Source: a virus (lineage: Duplodnaviria > Caudoviricetes). Taken from it: a DNA stretch of 64,000 nucleotides. The notes beneath the pieces are model-generated. The model ran no database searches, was not told the origin of the DNA, and saw only the letters and a program-made list of their open reading frames with translations. The position numbers and the translations under genes were made by a program. Of this stretch, positions 37,710 to 46,620 are shown piece by piece. Position 1 is the stretch's first letter; each line of letters begins with the position of its first letter. The DNA lies in IMG/VR virus record IMGVR_UViG_3300046786_000304, positions 128,001-192,000 of that record, one strand, 5' to 3'.

Positions 37710-38882
37710 ATGAAAACTAGTACATTATCTTTAGTGGCATCTACACCACAATCTTTAGTCCCAGCAGATTCTAGAGAAGCAGTCAGAAAAATCTTTGATC
37801 TACCAGATCCAATGCCGATTAGTGAAATTCTCAATAAAGAAGAATTTAAAACTTTACAAGAAGAATTCAACGCAGAAGCAGAAGGCGAAATATTAGATCC
37901 AATTGATCTGTCAATTTATAGACAAATTCCGTCTTCGTTTAATTTGAAAGAAGCATGGATAGATTACGTAGAACAACGAGAACGTCTTCCAGATCATAAC
38001 TACAGGAAAGGTATTATCCAGCTGGCATTAAAATTTAATGCAAGACATGCAGGAATTCCTATGCTAAGTATTCCCGTAGACGCAGAAGAATCTGAACAAC
38101 ACAAATATCTATTAGACTGGCAAAAACGATGCCTTGCTCTTGCATTAAGGGGTGTTTATGAATATCCGTGTGTAATTGTAGAAACTACTAAAGCAGAAAT
38201 GGCCAAAGATTTTGGTTCGCAATTTAAATTAAAAGATCGTATGCAAGAATACGATAAGTTTAAAGCAGCTTTAGCAGAACAAAGTCCTAAACATTGGGCA
38301 ATGCAACATTGTTTTGATAGATTAGGAGTTAGTGCATATCCTTTTGGCAACCCTCCTCAGATTACCGGGCTCGGTGACATATCTAAAGCAATGTTTGATC
38401 CTTCACTAAATAACTCTGAAAAAAATTCTTCTTTTGAAGAAAAGAAATTCCAGAATTTTGTCAGAGCAGTGTCTATTCATCGACGAGTATGGCCAGAGTT
38501 GTCAAAAACTTCAATCCAGGGATCGTGGATTAGGGGTATGGTTGCAATCATTGCATCATTTGATACTAATGTCCTTAAAGGAACAGATGATTGGATTATT
38601 ACAATATTAGAAGAAGCAAAAAATCCTGATTATGATCTTTATAAAGAAGGTCCTCCAGGAGAAATGGTTTCTGTCGGGTTAAAAAATCCAATCGACTGGA
38701 CTACTAAAGCAGACTGGCATGGTAATAAACACCATCAAAAAGCCATTACTACTTTTGCAAGAGCATGGAATAAGATTAGGAATAGTGCTAAACTAAGAAG
38801 AACAATTCCTATGCTTAATGAAAATCCAATCATCGGAATAGAGAATGGTGCTAAAATGTTAGATATGAAATCCGAAGAATAA
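37710..38882 (+). CDS. Divergent ParB/Srx-like (DGQHR-type) domain protein
   Basis: IDY.EQR....I...F......P.L......Y.LDWQKR..A...G..E.PC.I pattern; AAGGAG SD. Confidence 0.5.
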   Translation: MKTSTLSLVASTPQSLVPADSREAVRKIFDLPDPMPISEILNKEEFKTLQEEFNAEAEGEILDPIDLSIYRQIPSSFNLKEAWIDYVEQRERLPDHNYRKGIIQLALKFNARHAGIPMLSIPVDAEESEQHKYLLDWQKRCLALALRGVYEYPCVIVETTKAEMAKDFGSQFKLKDRMQEYDKFKAALAEQSPKHWAMQHCFDRLGVSAYPFGNPPQITGLGDISKAMFDPSLNNSEKNSSFEEKKFQNFVRAVSIHRRVWPELSKTSIQGSWIRGMVAIIASFDTNVLKGTDDWIITILEEAKNPDYDLYKEGPPGEMVSVGLKNPIDWTTKADWHGNKHHQKAITTFARAWNKIRNSAKLRRTIPMLNENPIIGIENGAKMLDMKSEE

Positions 38883-38893
38883 CATTAATAGAT

Positions 38894-39052
38894 GATAACA
38901 TCTCCTAGGAGATGTTATCGAAATAATCTCCAGGCTACCGGAGAAGCCTTCCCACTCTATATAGAGTGCAAATACAGAGGGCCCAGCACCGTGCAATGCG
39001 GTAATGGTAGACAATTATAGAAGTTTTATAAATTGTCAATGGCAGGTAGCAC
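38894..39052 (+). ncRNA. Candidate structured non-coding element
   Basis: 26-bp perfect palindrome followed by several stems and a possible loop-distal pairing (gctacc/ggtagc); family not recognised. Confidence 0.35.
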
Positions 39053-39084
39053 ATTCAATTTTAAAACATTAAGGATGTCCAATT

Positions 39085-39351
39085 ATGACAATCAAATTTT
39101 TCAAACCCTCTGACCCTCGCTTGTTTAAAGATAAACACGAAGAATGGATTCGGGATAGTCTCGAAGTAGATAGCATAGAACAAATAGACGGTGATCCTAG
39201 TGCTTATTTTATTCTTAAATTAAAAGAAGCATTTGATGAATCATCACGCAATTTTAGAATAGTTGTAAAGCACAAAAACTTCTTTAGAGAACATTTTACT
39301 AACTATAACGATGCCTTGGAGGTAATCAATCGAGTAAAGGCAAAGCTATGA
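39085..39351 (+). CDS. Hypothetical protein
   Basis: AAGGA SD, coupled ORF. Confidence 0.6.
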   Translation: MTIKFFKPSDPRLFKDKHEEWIRDSLEVDSIEQIDGDPSAYFILKLKEAFDESSRNFRIVVKHKNFFREHFTNYNDALEVINRVKAKL

Positions 39352-39566
39352 CAATACTAAAATATTATTTTGTAGCTTCTAGTCAAGAAGTAGGAGAATG
39401 GCTTGATATTCACATGCCAAATCCTCCTTTACCTGATACACAACGATGGACCATAACAGAAAATAGATCAATTCAATTTGAAGACGAAAACGATGCTATG
39501 TTATTTAGATTAGCCTGGGGAGATGGCAATCCTCCGCAAAAGAGGTATGAACATGACAGCAAATAA
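39348..39566 (+). CDS. Hypothetical protein
   Basis: Ends with the F..E.DA.LFRL.WG motif of small phage proteins. Confidence 0.65.
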   Translation: MTILKYYFVASSQEVGEWLDIHMPNPPLPDTQRWTITENRSIQFEDENDAMLFRLAWGDGNPPQKRYEHDSK

Positions 39567-40230
39567 GAAATGGCTCCCTCCACTATTAGTGCCAATACCA
39601 AAAGGACATGCATGTCACTACGCAACTAACACTCCTCGCAGTTGGCCGCCATCGGGTTCAACGTCTGCGATATTACACATGTTATTACAGCGACGACATA
39701 GAAAGGCTGAAGGTTTGTTCGTGGACTTGCCTCAACCCGATACGTACTATCGATTATTTGCACGTCGAACAGAAGATAAAAAACAAAAATATAAAAAATC
39801 TAAAATTCAATATATAACAGCTAGCCCAACTGGAGAATTTATTAGAGTAGATCATACGCTAAAGGATGCTAAACATCATTTGTCATTTGATGAAACTAAG
39901 GCTAGAAATAGAGGTAAATTAGTAAGAAAGGAAATCCCAATTGGGTCTTATGTATTAAAATACATTGAAGACTGGGATCAATTTAATTGGGAAACACCGA
40001 CTATACATGATCTGTCTCCAGTGGCAGTTAAACGATGTAAGGAATGTCCAAACAAAACTAGCACACAAGGCCAATGCGCCTGTGGCTTTTGGAGTGCTAT
40101 CAGGGATAACACTGAATCAAAAGTTTGGTGGTCTATCCATGATAGGCGAATGTACGACATTCGACAGAAAAAAGAAGAACACAAAAACCGAAAAATCAAA
40201 CTAAGTTTGAAAGATTTGTTTGAGGATTGA
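39523..40230 (+). CDS. Hypothetical basic protein with Cys cluster
   Basis: CKEC....QCACG; true start probably near 39547-39553. Confidence 0.55.
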   Translation: MAILRKRGMNMTANKKWLPPLLVPIPKGHACHYATNTPRSWPPSGSTSAILHMLLQRRHRKAEGLFVDLPQPDTYYRLFARRTEDKKQKYKKSKIQYITASPTGEFIRVDHTLKDAKHHLSFDETKARNRGKLVRKEIPIGSYVLKYIEDWDQFNWETPTIHDLSPVAVKRCKECPNKTSTQGQCACGFWSAIRDNTESKVWWSIHDRRMYDIRQKKEEHKNRKIKLSLKDLFED

Positions 40231-40255
40231 CTCTTAATACTAATTATAGTATAAT
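40227..40255 (+). promoter_or_regulatory. Sigma70 promoter
   Basis: TTGACT-17-TATAAT. Confidence 0.8.
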
Positions 40256-40273
40256 AAATTTTTAAGGATAGAT

Positions 40274-41194
40274 ATGTTTCCATATATCGGCGGTAAAGCA
40301 CATCATGTTAAATGGCTAGATCCATTGTTCCCTGACACCTTTCCTACTTTTGTAGAAGTGTTTGGGGGTGCCGGATGGGTGTCAGTTAAAAGCACAAAAG
40401 TAGCACAGGCTACTACAAGAGTCTACAATGACTTTAATCCTTTGTTGGCAAATGTCTACGAGTGCTTTAGGCGTGATCCTGTCGCCGTATTAGCTAAGAT
40501 GAATTCTGTTACTAAAAGCGATCCAGTACTGTATTCTCAATACCAACAAGAGCTGTTCGGTACGTTAGACTGGACTAAAGTTACATTAGGTGATCTTGAC
40601 TTGTGTGTTAAGTATCTTTACTTACAGACACAAGTATTTGCGGGTACGCCACTAAGCACTAAGAATGTACCTTACTTTACAGAAACTAAGGCCGGTGGCA
40701 AGTATCCTAGCAAATATGATACACTTAAAAATAAATTAAACAAATCAGAAATCACAGATAGGCTTAAACAGATTACCACTGTTGAACAAATGGACTGTAT
40801 TGATTTGATTAAGAAATACGACAGTCCTGACACATTCTTTTATGTAGATCCTCCATACTACAATATGGAGTTTTACTATTCAAAAGATTTTCCAAAAGAA
40901 AAGCACGAAGAGTTAGCTAATACGTTGGCTAATATCCAAGGTAAGTTTGCTCTTAGCTATTATGACTTCGATGACTTACATAGACTTTATCCGGAAGACA
41001 AGTTTGTTTGGCATAAACAAGAAGTGTATCGCAGTGCAGCTACTAGAAGCGGCAATGATGCTAATTACAAAACAAAAAGTAAAGGCACAGAAATTCTAAT
41101 TATGAATTACAATCCTTCTCCTAATACCAAAGCTGTTACTGTAAAAAAAGAAAAAGCAGTTAAGACTACCTTTGATGAAGTGTTCCAGGCATAA
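40274..41194 (+). CDS. Dam-like N6-adenine DNA methyltransferase (alpha/D12 class)
   Basis: FPYIGGK, FVEVFGGAG, YNDFN, FYVDPPYY, LSYY, EILIMNY. Confidence 0.9.
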   Translation: MFPYIGGKAHHVKWLDPLFPDTFPTFVEVFGGAGWVSVKSTKVAQATTRVYNDFNPLLANVYECFRRDPVAVLAKMNSVTKSDPVLYSQYQQELFGTLDWTKVTLGDLDLCVKYLYLQTQVFAGTPLSTKNVPYFTETKAGGKYPSKYDTLKNKLNKSEITDRLKQITTVEQMDCIDLIKKYDSPDTFFYVDPPYYNMEFYYSKDFPKEKHEELANTLANIQGKFALSYYDFDDLHRLYPEDKFVWHKQEVYRSAATRSGNDANYKTKSKGTEILIMNYNPSPNTKAVTVKKEKAVKTTFDEVFQA

Positions 41195-41218
41195 CATAAA
41201 AGGTTAAATTAATCAAAC

Positions 41219-41245
41219 AAAGCAACCTTTAAAGGTTGCTTTTTT
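41219..41245 (+). terminator. Rho-independent terminator
   Basis: aaagcaacct-ttaa-aggttgct-ttttt. Confidence 0.8.
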
Positions 41246-41270
41246 GTGACTTATTATGTTATAATATCGT

Positions 41271-42719
41271 ATGAATTGTACAATACAAATACGTGACGAA
41301 GTAAATATTAAAGTAGCAGGATTAGAAGTTAGTACAAGGCGCAAACTAGAAAAGCAATTTAAGTATTTCCAGCCATGGGCTTATCATAGCCCCGCTTATA
41401 AATTAGGCCGCTGGGATGGATGTGTTAGCTTTTTTAGTCTAGGTGGCGCAAGTTATTTTAACTTACTAGATCAAATCCTTCCTGTTATTGTTGATGAAGG
41501 TTATGCCATTGAAATAGATGATCAAAGATCTATACATAGTTTTAACTTTCCACAGGCAACAGAAGATACACATGGCCAAGTTATCTGGCCAGTAGGACAT
41601 CCTAAAGCAGGAGAACCGGTGACACTGAGAGATTATCAAGTCAGTGCTATTAACCAGTTTTTAGAAAACCCACAATGTATCCAAGAGATTGCCACAGGCG
41701 CAGGCAAAACTGTGCTTACTGCTACATTAAGTAAAGCAGTGGAACCTTATGGTAGAACATTGGTTATTGTTCCTAACAAAGACTTGGTTAAACAAACAGC
41801 AGAAGATTATGTCTTGCTAGGACTTGATACAGGTGTATACTTTGGAGATAAAAAAGAAATAGGCAAGACGCATACTATCTGTACTTGGCAAAGCCTTAAC
41901 AGTATGCAAAAGCGTTTCAAGGATGGAGAAAGTCCCGTTAGCTTAGAAGACTTCGCACAAGATGTAGTGGGTATTATCATCGACGAAGTTCACCAAGCCA
42001 AAGCAGATGTACTCAAACAATTACTTACAGGTCCATTTGCTCATGTTCCTATTCGTTGGGGATTAACAGGAACGATACCTAAAGAAGATTCGGACAAAGT
42101 GACCTTATTATCTTGTATAGGTCCAGTCATAAATAAGATTGCAGCCAAAGATCTGCAGGATTTAGGTGTGTTAGCCAACTGCCAAGTAAACATTATGCAG
42201 TTCCAAGATACCGTAGAGTATAAGAATTATCAAGAAGAGCTAACATACTTAACAACTAATAAAAATAGAATGGATACTGTCGCTAAGTTCATCGGGAATC
42301 TCAGCGAAACAGGCAATACACTTGTTCTAGTAGATAGAGTGAAGTGTGGAGAAATGCTAGTAGAGCGACTACCTGATAGTAGTTTTGTCAGTGGCGCGAT
42401 GAAAACTAATGACAGGAAAGAACAGTATGACGAAGTTAAAACAGCAACTAATAAAATCATTGTGGCTACTTATGGTGTGGCTGCTGTTGGTATTAATATA
42501 CCCCGTATTTTTAATCTTGTTCTTATTGAACCCGGTAAGAGCTTTGTTAGAGTTATCCAAAGTATCGGACGAGGTATTAGAAAAGCTGAAGACAAAGATC
42601 ACGTAGAGATCTGGGATATCACAAGTAGCGCAAAGTTTAGTAAACGACATCTTACTACACGAAAGAAATATTATGAGGAAGCGGGTTATCCTTATCAAGT
42701 ACAAAAGGTAAAATATTAA
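41271..42719 (+). CDS. uvsW: SF2 DNA helicase (UvsW-like)
   Basis: LRDYQ, ATGAGKT, IIDEVH, GLTGT, QSIGRGIR. Confidence 0.9.
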   Translation: MNCTIQIRDEVNIKVAGLEVSTRRKLEKQFKYFQPWAYHSPAYKLGRWDGCVSFFSLGGASYFNLLDQILPVIVDEGYAIEIDDQRSIHSFNFPQATEDTHGQVIWPVGHPKAGEPVTLRDYQVSAINQFLENPQCIQEIATGAGKTVLTATLSKAVEPYGRTLVIVPNKDLVKQTAEDYVLLGLDTGVYFGDKKEIGKTHTICTWQSLNSMQKRFKDGESPVSLEDFAQDVVGIIIDEVHQAKADVLKQLLTGPFAHVPIRWGLTGTIPKEDSDKVTLLSCIGPVINKIAAKDLQDLGVLANCQVNIMQFQDTVEYKNYQEELTYLTTNKNRMDTVAKFIGNLSETGNTLVLVDRVKCGEMLVERLPDSSFVSGAMKTNDRKEQYDEVKTATNKIIVATYGVAAVGINIPRIFNLVLIEPGKSFVRVIQSIGRGIRKAEDKDHVEIWDITSSAKFSKRHLTTRKKYYEEAGYPYQVQKVKY

Positions 42720-43219
42720 TGAACATACTAACAGTAGACAACAAAGCATTTGAGCTGAATCAATTACCAGAGGAGGTAGATGATCTGCGATATGCAGTAC
42801 TAGATTGGAACGATCCGAAAAATGTTGATTATCATTTTGTCCCGCTAATCTTTATGGAAACATTTCATGCTCCGGCCGCAGTATTGAAAATAGGTGAACA
42901 TGTTATTCAAGTTCCACTTGATTGGTATATTGTTATCGGTGAAAAAGATCACGGAGACCCTGAGATTGTTCCTATTATGAATATCAATGACCGAGGCTTT
43001 AGTGCGTTTACATTTAATCCTATCAGCAGTTTTAGATTAGACTTTAAACCACTGGAGATTATCAACGTGTTCCAAGATATTCGTTGGTATACTCCTAAAC
43101 TCAAACACGGACATATTCTAGCAGTTCCATTGGATAACAGCGAAAAACCACAATGTGCTTATTTTGTCAAAGAAACAAATAAACTTCCGGAAGTATTGTC
43201 CATTGAAAAGATGTATTAA
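42719..43219 (+). CDS. Hypothetical protein
   Basis: Coupled to uvsW; beta-rich. Confidence 0.7.
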   Translation: MNILTVDNKAFELNQLPEEVDDLRYAVLDWNDPKNVDYHFVPLIFMETFHAPAAVLKIGEHVIQVPLDWYIVIGEKDHGDPEIVPIMNINDRGFSAFTFNPISSFRLDFKPLEIINVFQDIRWYTPKLKHGHILAVPLDNSEKPQCAYFVKETNKLPEVLSIEKMY

Positions 43220-43236
43220 AGACTGTATAATATACT

Positions 43237-43725
43237 ATGGCAACTAAAGCACCAATGTTAGATATGTTCAAGAAAGTACTGCCTGCGGCAGATACTAGGA
43301 ACAAAGATTTTTATGAACGACTCAGTGATGAGGAAAAGAAAGGATTTAGTCCTTGGCTTATCCAACGTTATTTGAGTAGTGCAGAAAGTCCTACTGCGGA
43401 AATGATCGAACACTATCTTATTATGACCAATGATTTGGTTAATACAGATTATAGTACAATTAAAGATCATCCTGAGCTAATGTGGAAGTTGATGAGCATT
43501 GTCGGTGTAGGCAAGTCAATGAAGCATCCATATGTTGCTCCGGGCAAGGGCAAAAAGAAAAAAGGTAATGCGTTTAAGTTGTGGCTACATGAACAGTATC
43601 CTCATTTAAATGAACAAGAAGTAGAAGTATGGTTCGGTATGTTTACTAAAGAACAAGCCCGAGACATGTTGGAACAGTATCAAGTTAAAGACAAAGATGT
43701 TATCTCTGGTGCAAATGACTTATAA
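43237..43725 (+). CDS. Clamp loader small subunit (gp62-like)
   Basis: L.DEEKK.FSPWLI.RYLS, HP.L.WKL motifs. Confidence 0.6.
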   Translation: MATKAPMLDMFKKVLPAADTRNKDFYERLSDEEKKGFSPWLIQRYLSSAESPTAEMIEHYLIMTNDLVNTDYSTIKDHPELMWKLMSIVGVGKSMKHPYVAPGKGKKKKGNAFKLWLHEQYPHLNEQEVEVWFGMFTKEQARDMLEQYQVKDKDVISGANDL

Positions 43726-44395
43726 GTGTAGGTATTGTAATAAAGACTTTGTCAAAGAATCCACGTTAATCTCGCACATGTGTGAGAAAAAGCGCAGGAT
43801 GAATGCCAAAGATGAAAAACAAAATCGCATAGCTTATCAAAGTTGGTTAATCTATAGAAAAACTATGATTGCCAACGTTAAGAATGACAAGCCCTATGAT
43901 GACTTTATCAATGATAGGTATTATTTAGACTTCATGAAGTTGTCTAAATACATTATTGATTTAAGCTTGGATAAACCAGAAGAGTTTGTTAAATTTATTT
44001 TAAAAAACTCTGTGAGAATTGATAATTGGTGTAAAGATTCTGTCTATGAAACTTATGTCAAAGATAGAACATTCAAAGAAACTGTAGAACGAGCTATTGA
44101 ACGAAGTTTGTTAAATATGAAAGTGTGGTCCGAAAAGACTGGCTTTAATTGGGAAGAATATTTTGTTAAAGTCAATCCAGCAGACGCAGTACAAGACATT
44201 AGAATGGGTCGTATTAGTCCGTGGTGTACTTTTTCCACTGACCAAGGCAGCAGGTTAATTGACAGGCTTGAACCGGGACAGCAACAAGTATTAATAGATT
44301 ACTTAGATCCTAAAAAATGGCGTGTTAAGTTAAAACGAGATCCAAAAGAACCTGAATGGGTACAAGAAATTTTTAATAAGGCGGGAATACTATGA
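43715..44395 (+). CDS. Zinc-finger-containing hypothetical protein
   Basis: YKCRYCNKDF.KE.TL.SHMC; start revised from 43697. Confidence 0.7.
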   Translation: MTYKCRYCNKDFVKESTLISHMCEKKRRMNAKDEKQNRIAYQSWLIYRKTMIANVKNDKPYDDFINDRYYLDFMKLSKYIIDLSLDKPEEFVKFILKNSVRIDNWCKDSVYETYVKDRTFKETVERAIERSLLNMKVWSEKTGFNWEEYFVKVNPADAVQDIRMGRISPWCTFSTDQGSRLIDRLEPGQQQVLIDYLDPKKWRVKLKRDPKEPEWVQEIFNKAGIL

Positions 44396-44640
44396 ATCAG
44401 TACAGTGAAAAAAGAAGAGTTCCTAGACTCTTACAAAGCCAGCAATCTACTAAGGCTAGTTTTCAAATGCTCAATGGCGTAGCAGAATTTACCATAGACG
44501 GTGAACGTGTAAGTATGCCCACAGCAGAAGCGTTCCAACGTTTATTAAAAAAAGTTGCCGTACTTGAACAGAGACTAGCAGTCACTGATAACAAAGCCGC
44601 TACTGCATCTAGAGTGGCAAGGGCTAAGAATGACAGATAA
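44392..44640 (+). CDS. Hypothetical protein
   Basis: Coupled ORF. Confidence 0.6.
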   Translation: MNQYSEKRRVPRLLQSQQSTKASFQMLNGVAEFTIDGERVSMPTAEAFQRLLKKVAVLEQRLAVTDNKAATASRVARAKNDR

Positions 44641-44857
44641 AGATACTCAGGTCGTTGAAGTTTATAGAGAAACTTTAAACTTGATTGACAAACTAGTTGC
44701 TGATCATGACCCACTTGTAATAGCAGGAGTAATGATGGCACAGTCTCTTAGTTTATATAGAAGTACTCTAAGTGAAGATGACTATTCAAGTGTAGTAACA
44801 TCTATCTTAGAAAAGAAAGATAAAATTTATACATTTAACTCGGGGAATTTACATTGA
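44630..44857 (+). CDS. Hypothetical protein
   Basis: Coupled ORF. Confidence 0.6.
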   Translation: MTDKDTQVVEVYRETLNLIDKLVADHDPLVIAGVMMAQSLSLYRSTLSEDDYSSVVTSILEKKDKIYTFNSGNLH

Positions 44858-45417
44858 GCTTTGACGTAGACATTGACTTTGCAGATAGAGAGCAAGTATT
44901 AAAATTACTTGACCATACTCCTGCGATGATTAAAGATGGCACAAAAGAAAAGAAACATAACACAGGTGTTTACTTTCATAATGCGCCAGTAAATCCATTC
45001 ACAGGATTATCTACAGTAGATTATAAAAGTGCTGAAGACTTGGGTTGGTTTAAAATTGACTTGCTGAATGTTGGTATCTACAATGATTTCGACAGTAATG
45101 AACAAATAGATGATTTATTGTCCAAGGAACCAATGTGGGAGTTGCTAGAACATAAAGAAGTTATACAGCAATTATTCCATATACATAATCACAGCGACAC
45201 CGTTATTAGAATGAAGCCAAGAAGCATTGAACAACTTGCCATGGTGTTGGCAGTTATCCGTCCAGGTAAGAAGCATTTAATAGGTAGAAGTTGGAATGAG
45301 ATTGAGCAAGAAGTATGGACTAAAACTGAGGATGTTTACAGTTTCAAAAAGAGTCATGCTATTGGTTATGCGGCAGCTATTGTGTTACAGCTTAATCAAA
45401 TGAGTTATAGTTTTTGA
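44854..45417 (+). CDS. Miniature DnaE (family C polymerase) catalytic-core protein
   Basis: FDVDIDF, HNTGVYF, GWFKIDLLNV, LAVIRPG, YSFKKSHAIGY match the DnaE motifs PDxDxDF, HAxGVVI, KxDxLGL, LxRPG, FNKSHAxxY; TTG start. Confidence 0.8.
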   Translation: MSFDVDIDFADREQVLKLLDHTPAMIKDGTKEKKHNTGVYFHNAPVNPFTGLSTVDYKSAEDLGWFKIDLLNVGIYNDFDSNEQIDDLLSKEPMWELLEHKEVIQQLFHIHNHSDTVIRMKPRSIEQLAMVLAVIRPGKKHLIGRSWNEIEQEVWTKTEDVYSFKKSHAIGYAAAIVLQLNQMSYSF

Positions 45418-45773
45418 ACTAATTGTATCTGACGACGTTTAATACGTTTTGTGATGATGTTTTGAAGACTAACAGCTTCGCCGTGTAATATATCAAAGTC
45501 CTTGACATTATAGGTGCGTAAACTATAGCTAAACTTTTTAAATTTAGGCCCTATAACTAAGTTTATGGGCAGACTGCGATTACTTTGCCACCACCATTCT
45601 TCTCCTAATTCTAAGAACTCTGCTTTATCTTCGGTACAAGTAAGCACATTATAAACATAAATGCTGGCCAGAGTACTGGTATAATTTTGAATAATCCCTA
45701 GAATCTCTTCTTCGCCGCAACGGCACAAGCTTAAGAAGGGAAACTTATCTAATATTTCTTTATGATCTGCCAT
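45405..45773 (-). CDS. Hypothetical protein (late, divergent)
   Basis: TAAATA 6 nt upstream on the minus strand. Confidence 0.7.
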   Translation of the reverse strand: MADHKEILDKFPFLSLCRCGEEEILGIIQNYTSTLASIYVYNVLTCTEDKAEFLELGEEWWWQSNRSLPINLVIGPKFKKFSYSLRTYNVKDFDILHGEAVSLQNIITKRIKRRQIQLVQKL

Positions 45774-45825
45774 CGGTAATATTTAGCACCGAATTCATTT
45801 CAATTAAAATTAAATAAATATAACT

Positions 45826-46608
45826 ATGAGCGATACATTTACATTATTGAGCTACCCGCAACGCAGTATATTAATATATGCAGAAGGATATAGCAGGACA
45901 CAAAACATGCCATTTAATACCACACGAAAAACCATCTACAAGGGAGTGGATAGCACCCTGGGATTTGATGTTAAAAACCAAGACCGCAAACCAGTTAATT
46001 TGCTAGGCAAAGATATCATGGTCAATATCATGCAAGTTAGAACGGGAGAACTTGTGGTACAGCGCAGAGCAGTGGCAGTAGAACCAGAATCCGGATTTTG
46101 TGAATTTACCGTATTCAGCAGTGACCTTGTTGATTTAGATCCAGGTATATATCAACTAAGTGCTGTGGTTTATGAAGCAGATGGTCGTGCTAAAAGTCTA
46201 TACACAGACCACAATCGCAGAGTTACATTAGAGCTAGAATTAAGTGATGGCGCATATCCAAAGTATCTACCAAGCACAGGTTTGACTTTCACTCAAATGG
46301 GCAGTAGTTGGATCAGCCAACCTATTCCCAGTAACTTACAAAAGAACGATAGTAGTACATTACACACAATTCAAATCGGAGTTACCAATTACACAGGTAC
46401 CATCGAAGCATTGGTTAGTTTAGAATACGACAGCGATGGAAATTATTTCCCAGTTAAGTTTGTCAATGATAAATTTAAAATTGAATTTAATGGAACAACT
46501 GATATACAGGGTTGGAACTTTATAGCAGATGCTCGTTGGGTAAAGATATTATATACTCCTTCGGATACGAATGCAGGAACAGTTGACAAAGTCTTATATA
46601 GAAGTTAA
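45826..46608 (+). CDS. Probable virion / baseplate-type beta-rich protein
   Basis: Late promoter; IYKGVD..L.F.VKN.DRKPV.L motif reminiscent of BppU-type N-terminal domains. Confidence 0.5.
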   Translation: MSDTFTLLSYPQRSILIYAEGYSRTQNMPFNTTRKTIYKGVDSTLGFDVKNQDRKPVNLLGKDIMVNIMQVRTGELVVQRRAVAVEPESGFCEFTVFSSDLVDLDPGIYQLSAVVYEADGRAKSLYTDHNRRVTLELELSDGAYPKYLPSTGLTFTQMGSSWISQPIPSNLQKNDSSTLHTIQIGVTNYTGTIEALVSLEYDSDGNYFPVKFVNDKFKIEFNGTTDIQGWNFIADARWVKILYTPSDTNAGTVDKVLYRS

Positions 46609-46620
46609 AATACTAAGGTC

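Noticed and set aside
38990-39012. Resemblance of gcggtaatgg to the HDV ribozyme 3' region, or a retron msr-msd
   Set aside because: The nested double-pseudoknot pairings could not be built and there is no reverse transcriptase; kept only as an unclassified structured element
42719-43219. Possible stand-alone Hint/intein-like domain after uvsW
   Set aside because: No N-terminal Cys/Ser or C-terminal His-Asn; resemblance limited to beta-strand pattern
44630-45417. Mini-DnaE as a frameshifted remnant of a full dnaE
   Set aside because: Flanking ORFs show no PHP, thumb or OB motifs, and the missing parts are internal as well as terminal, which a simple frameshift would not produce
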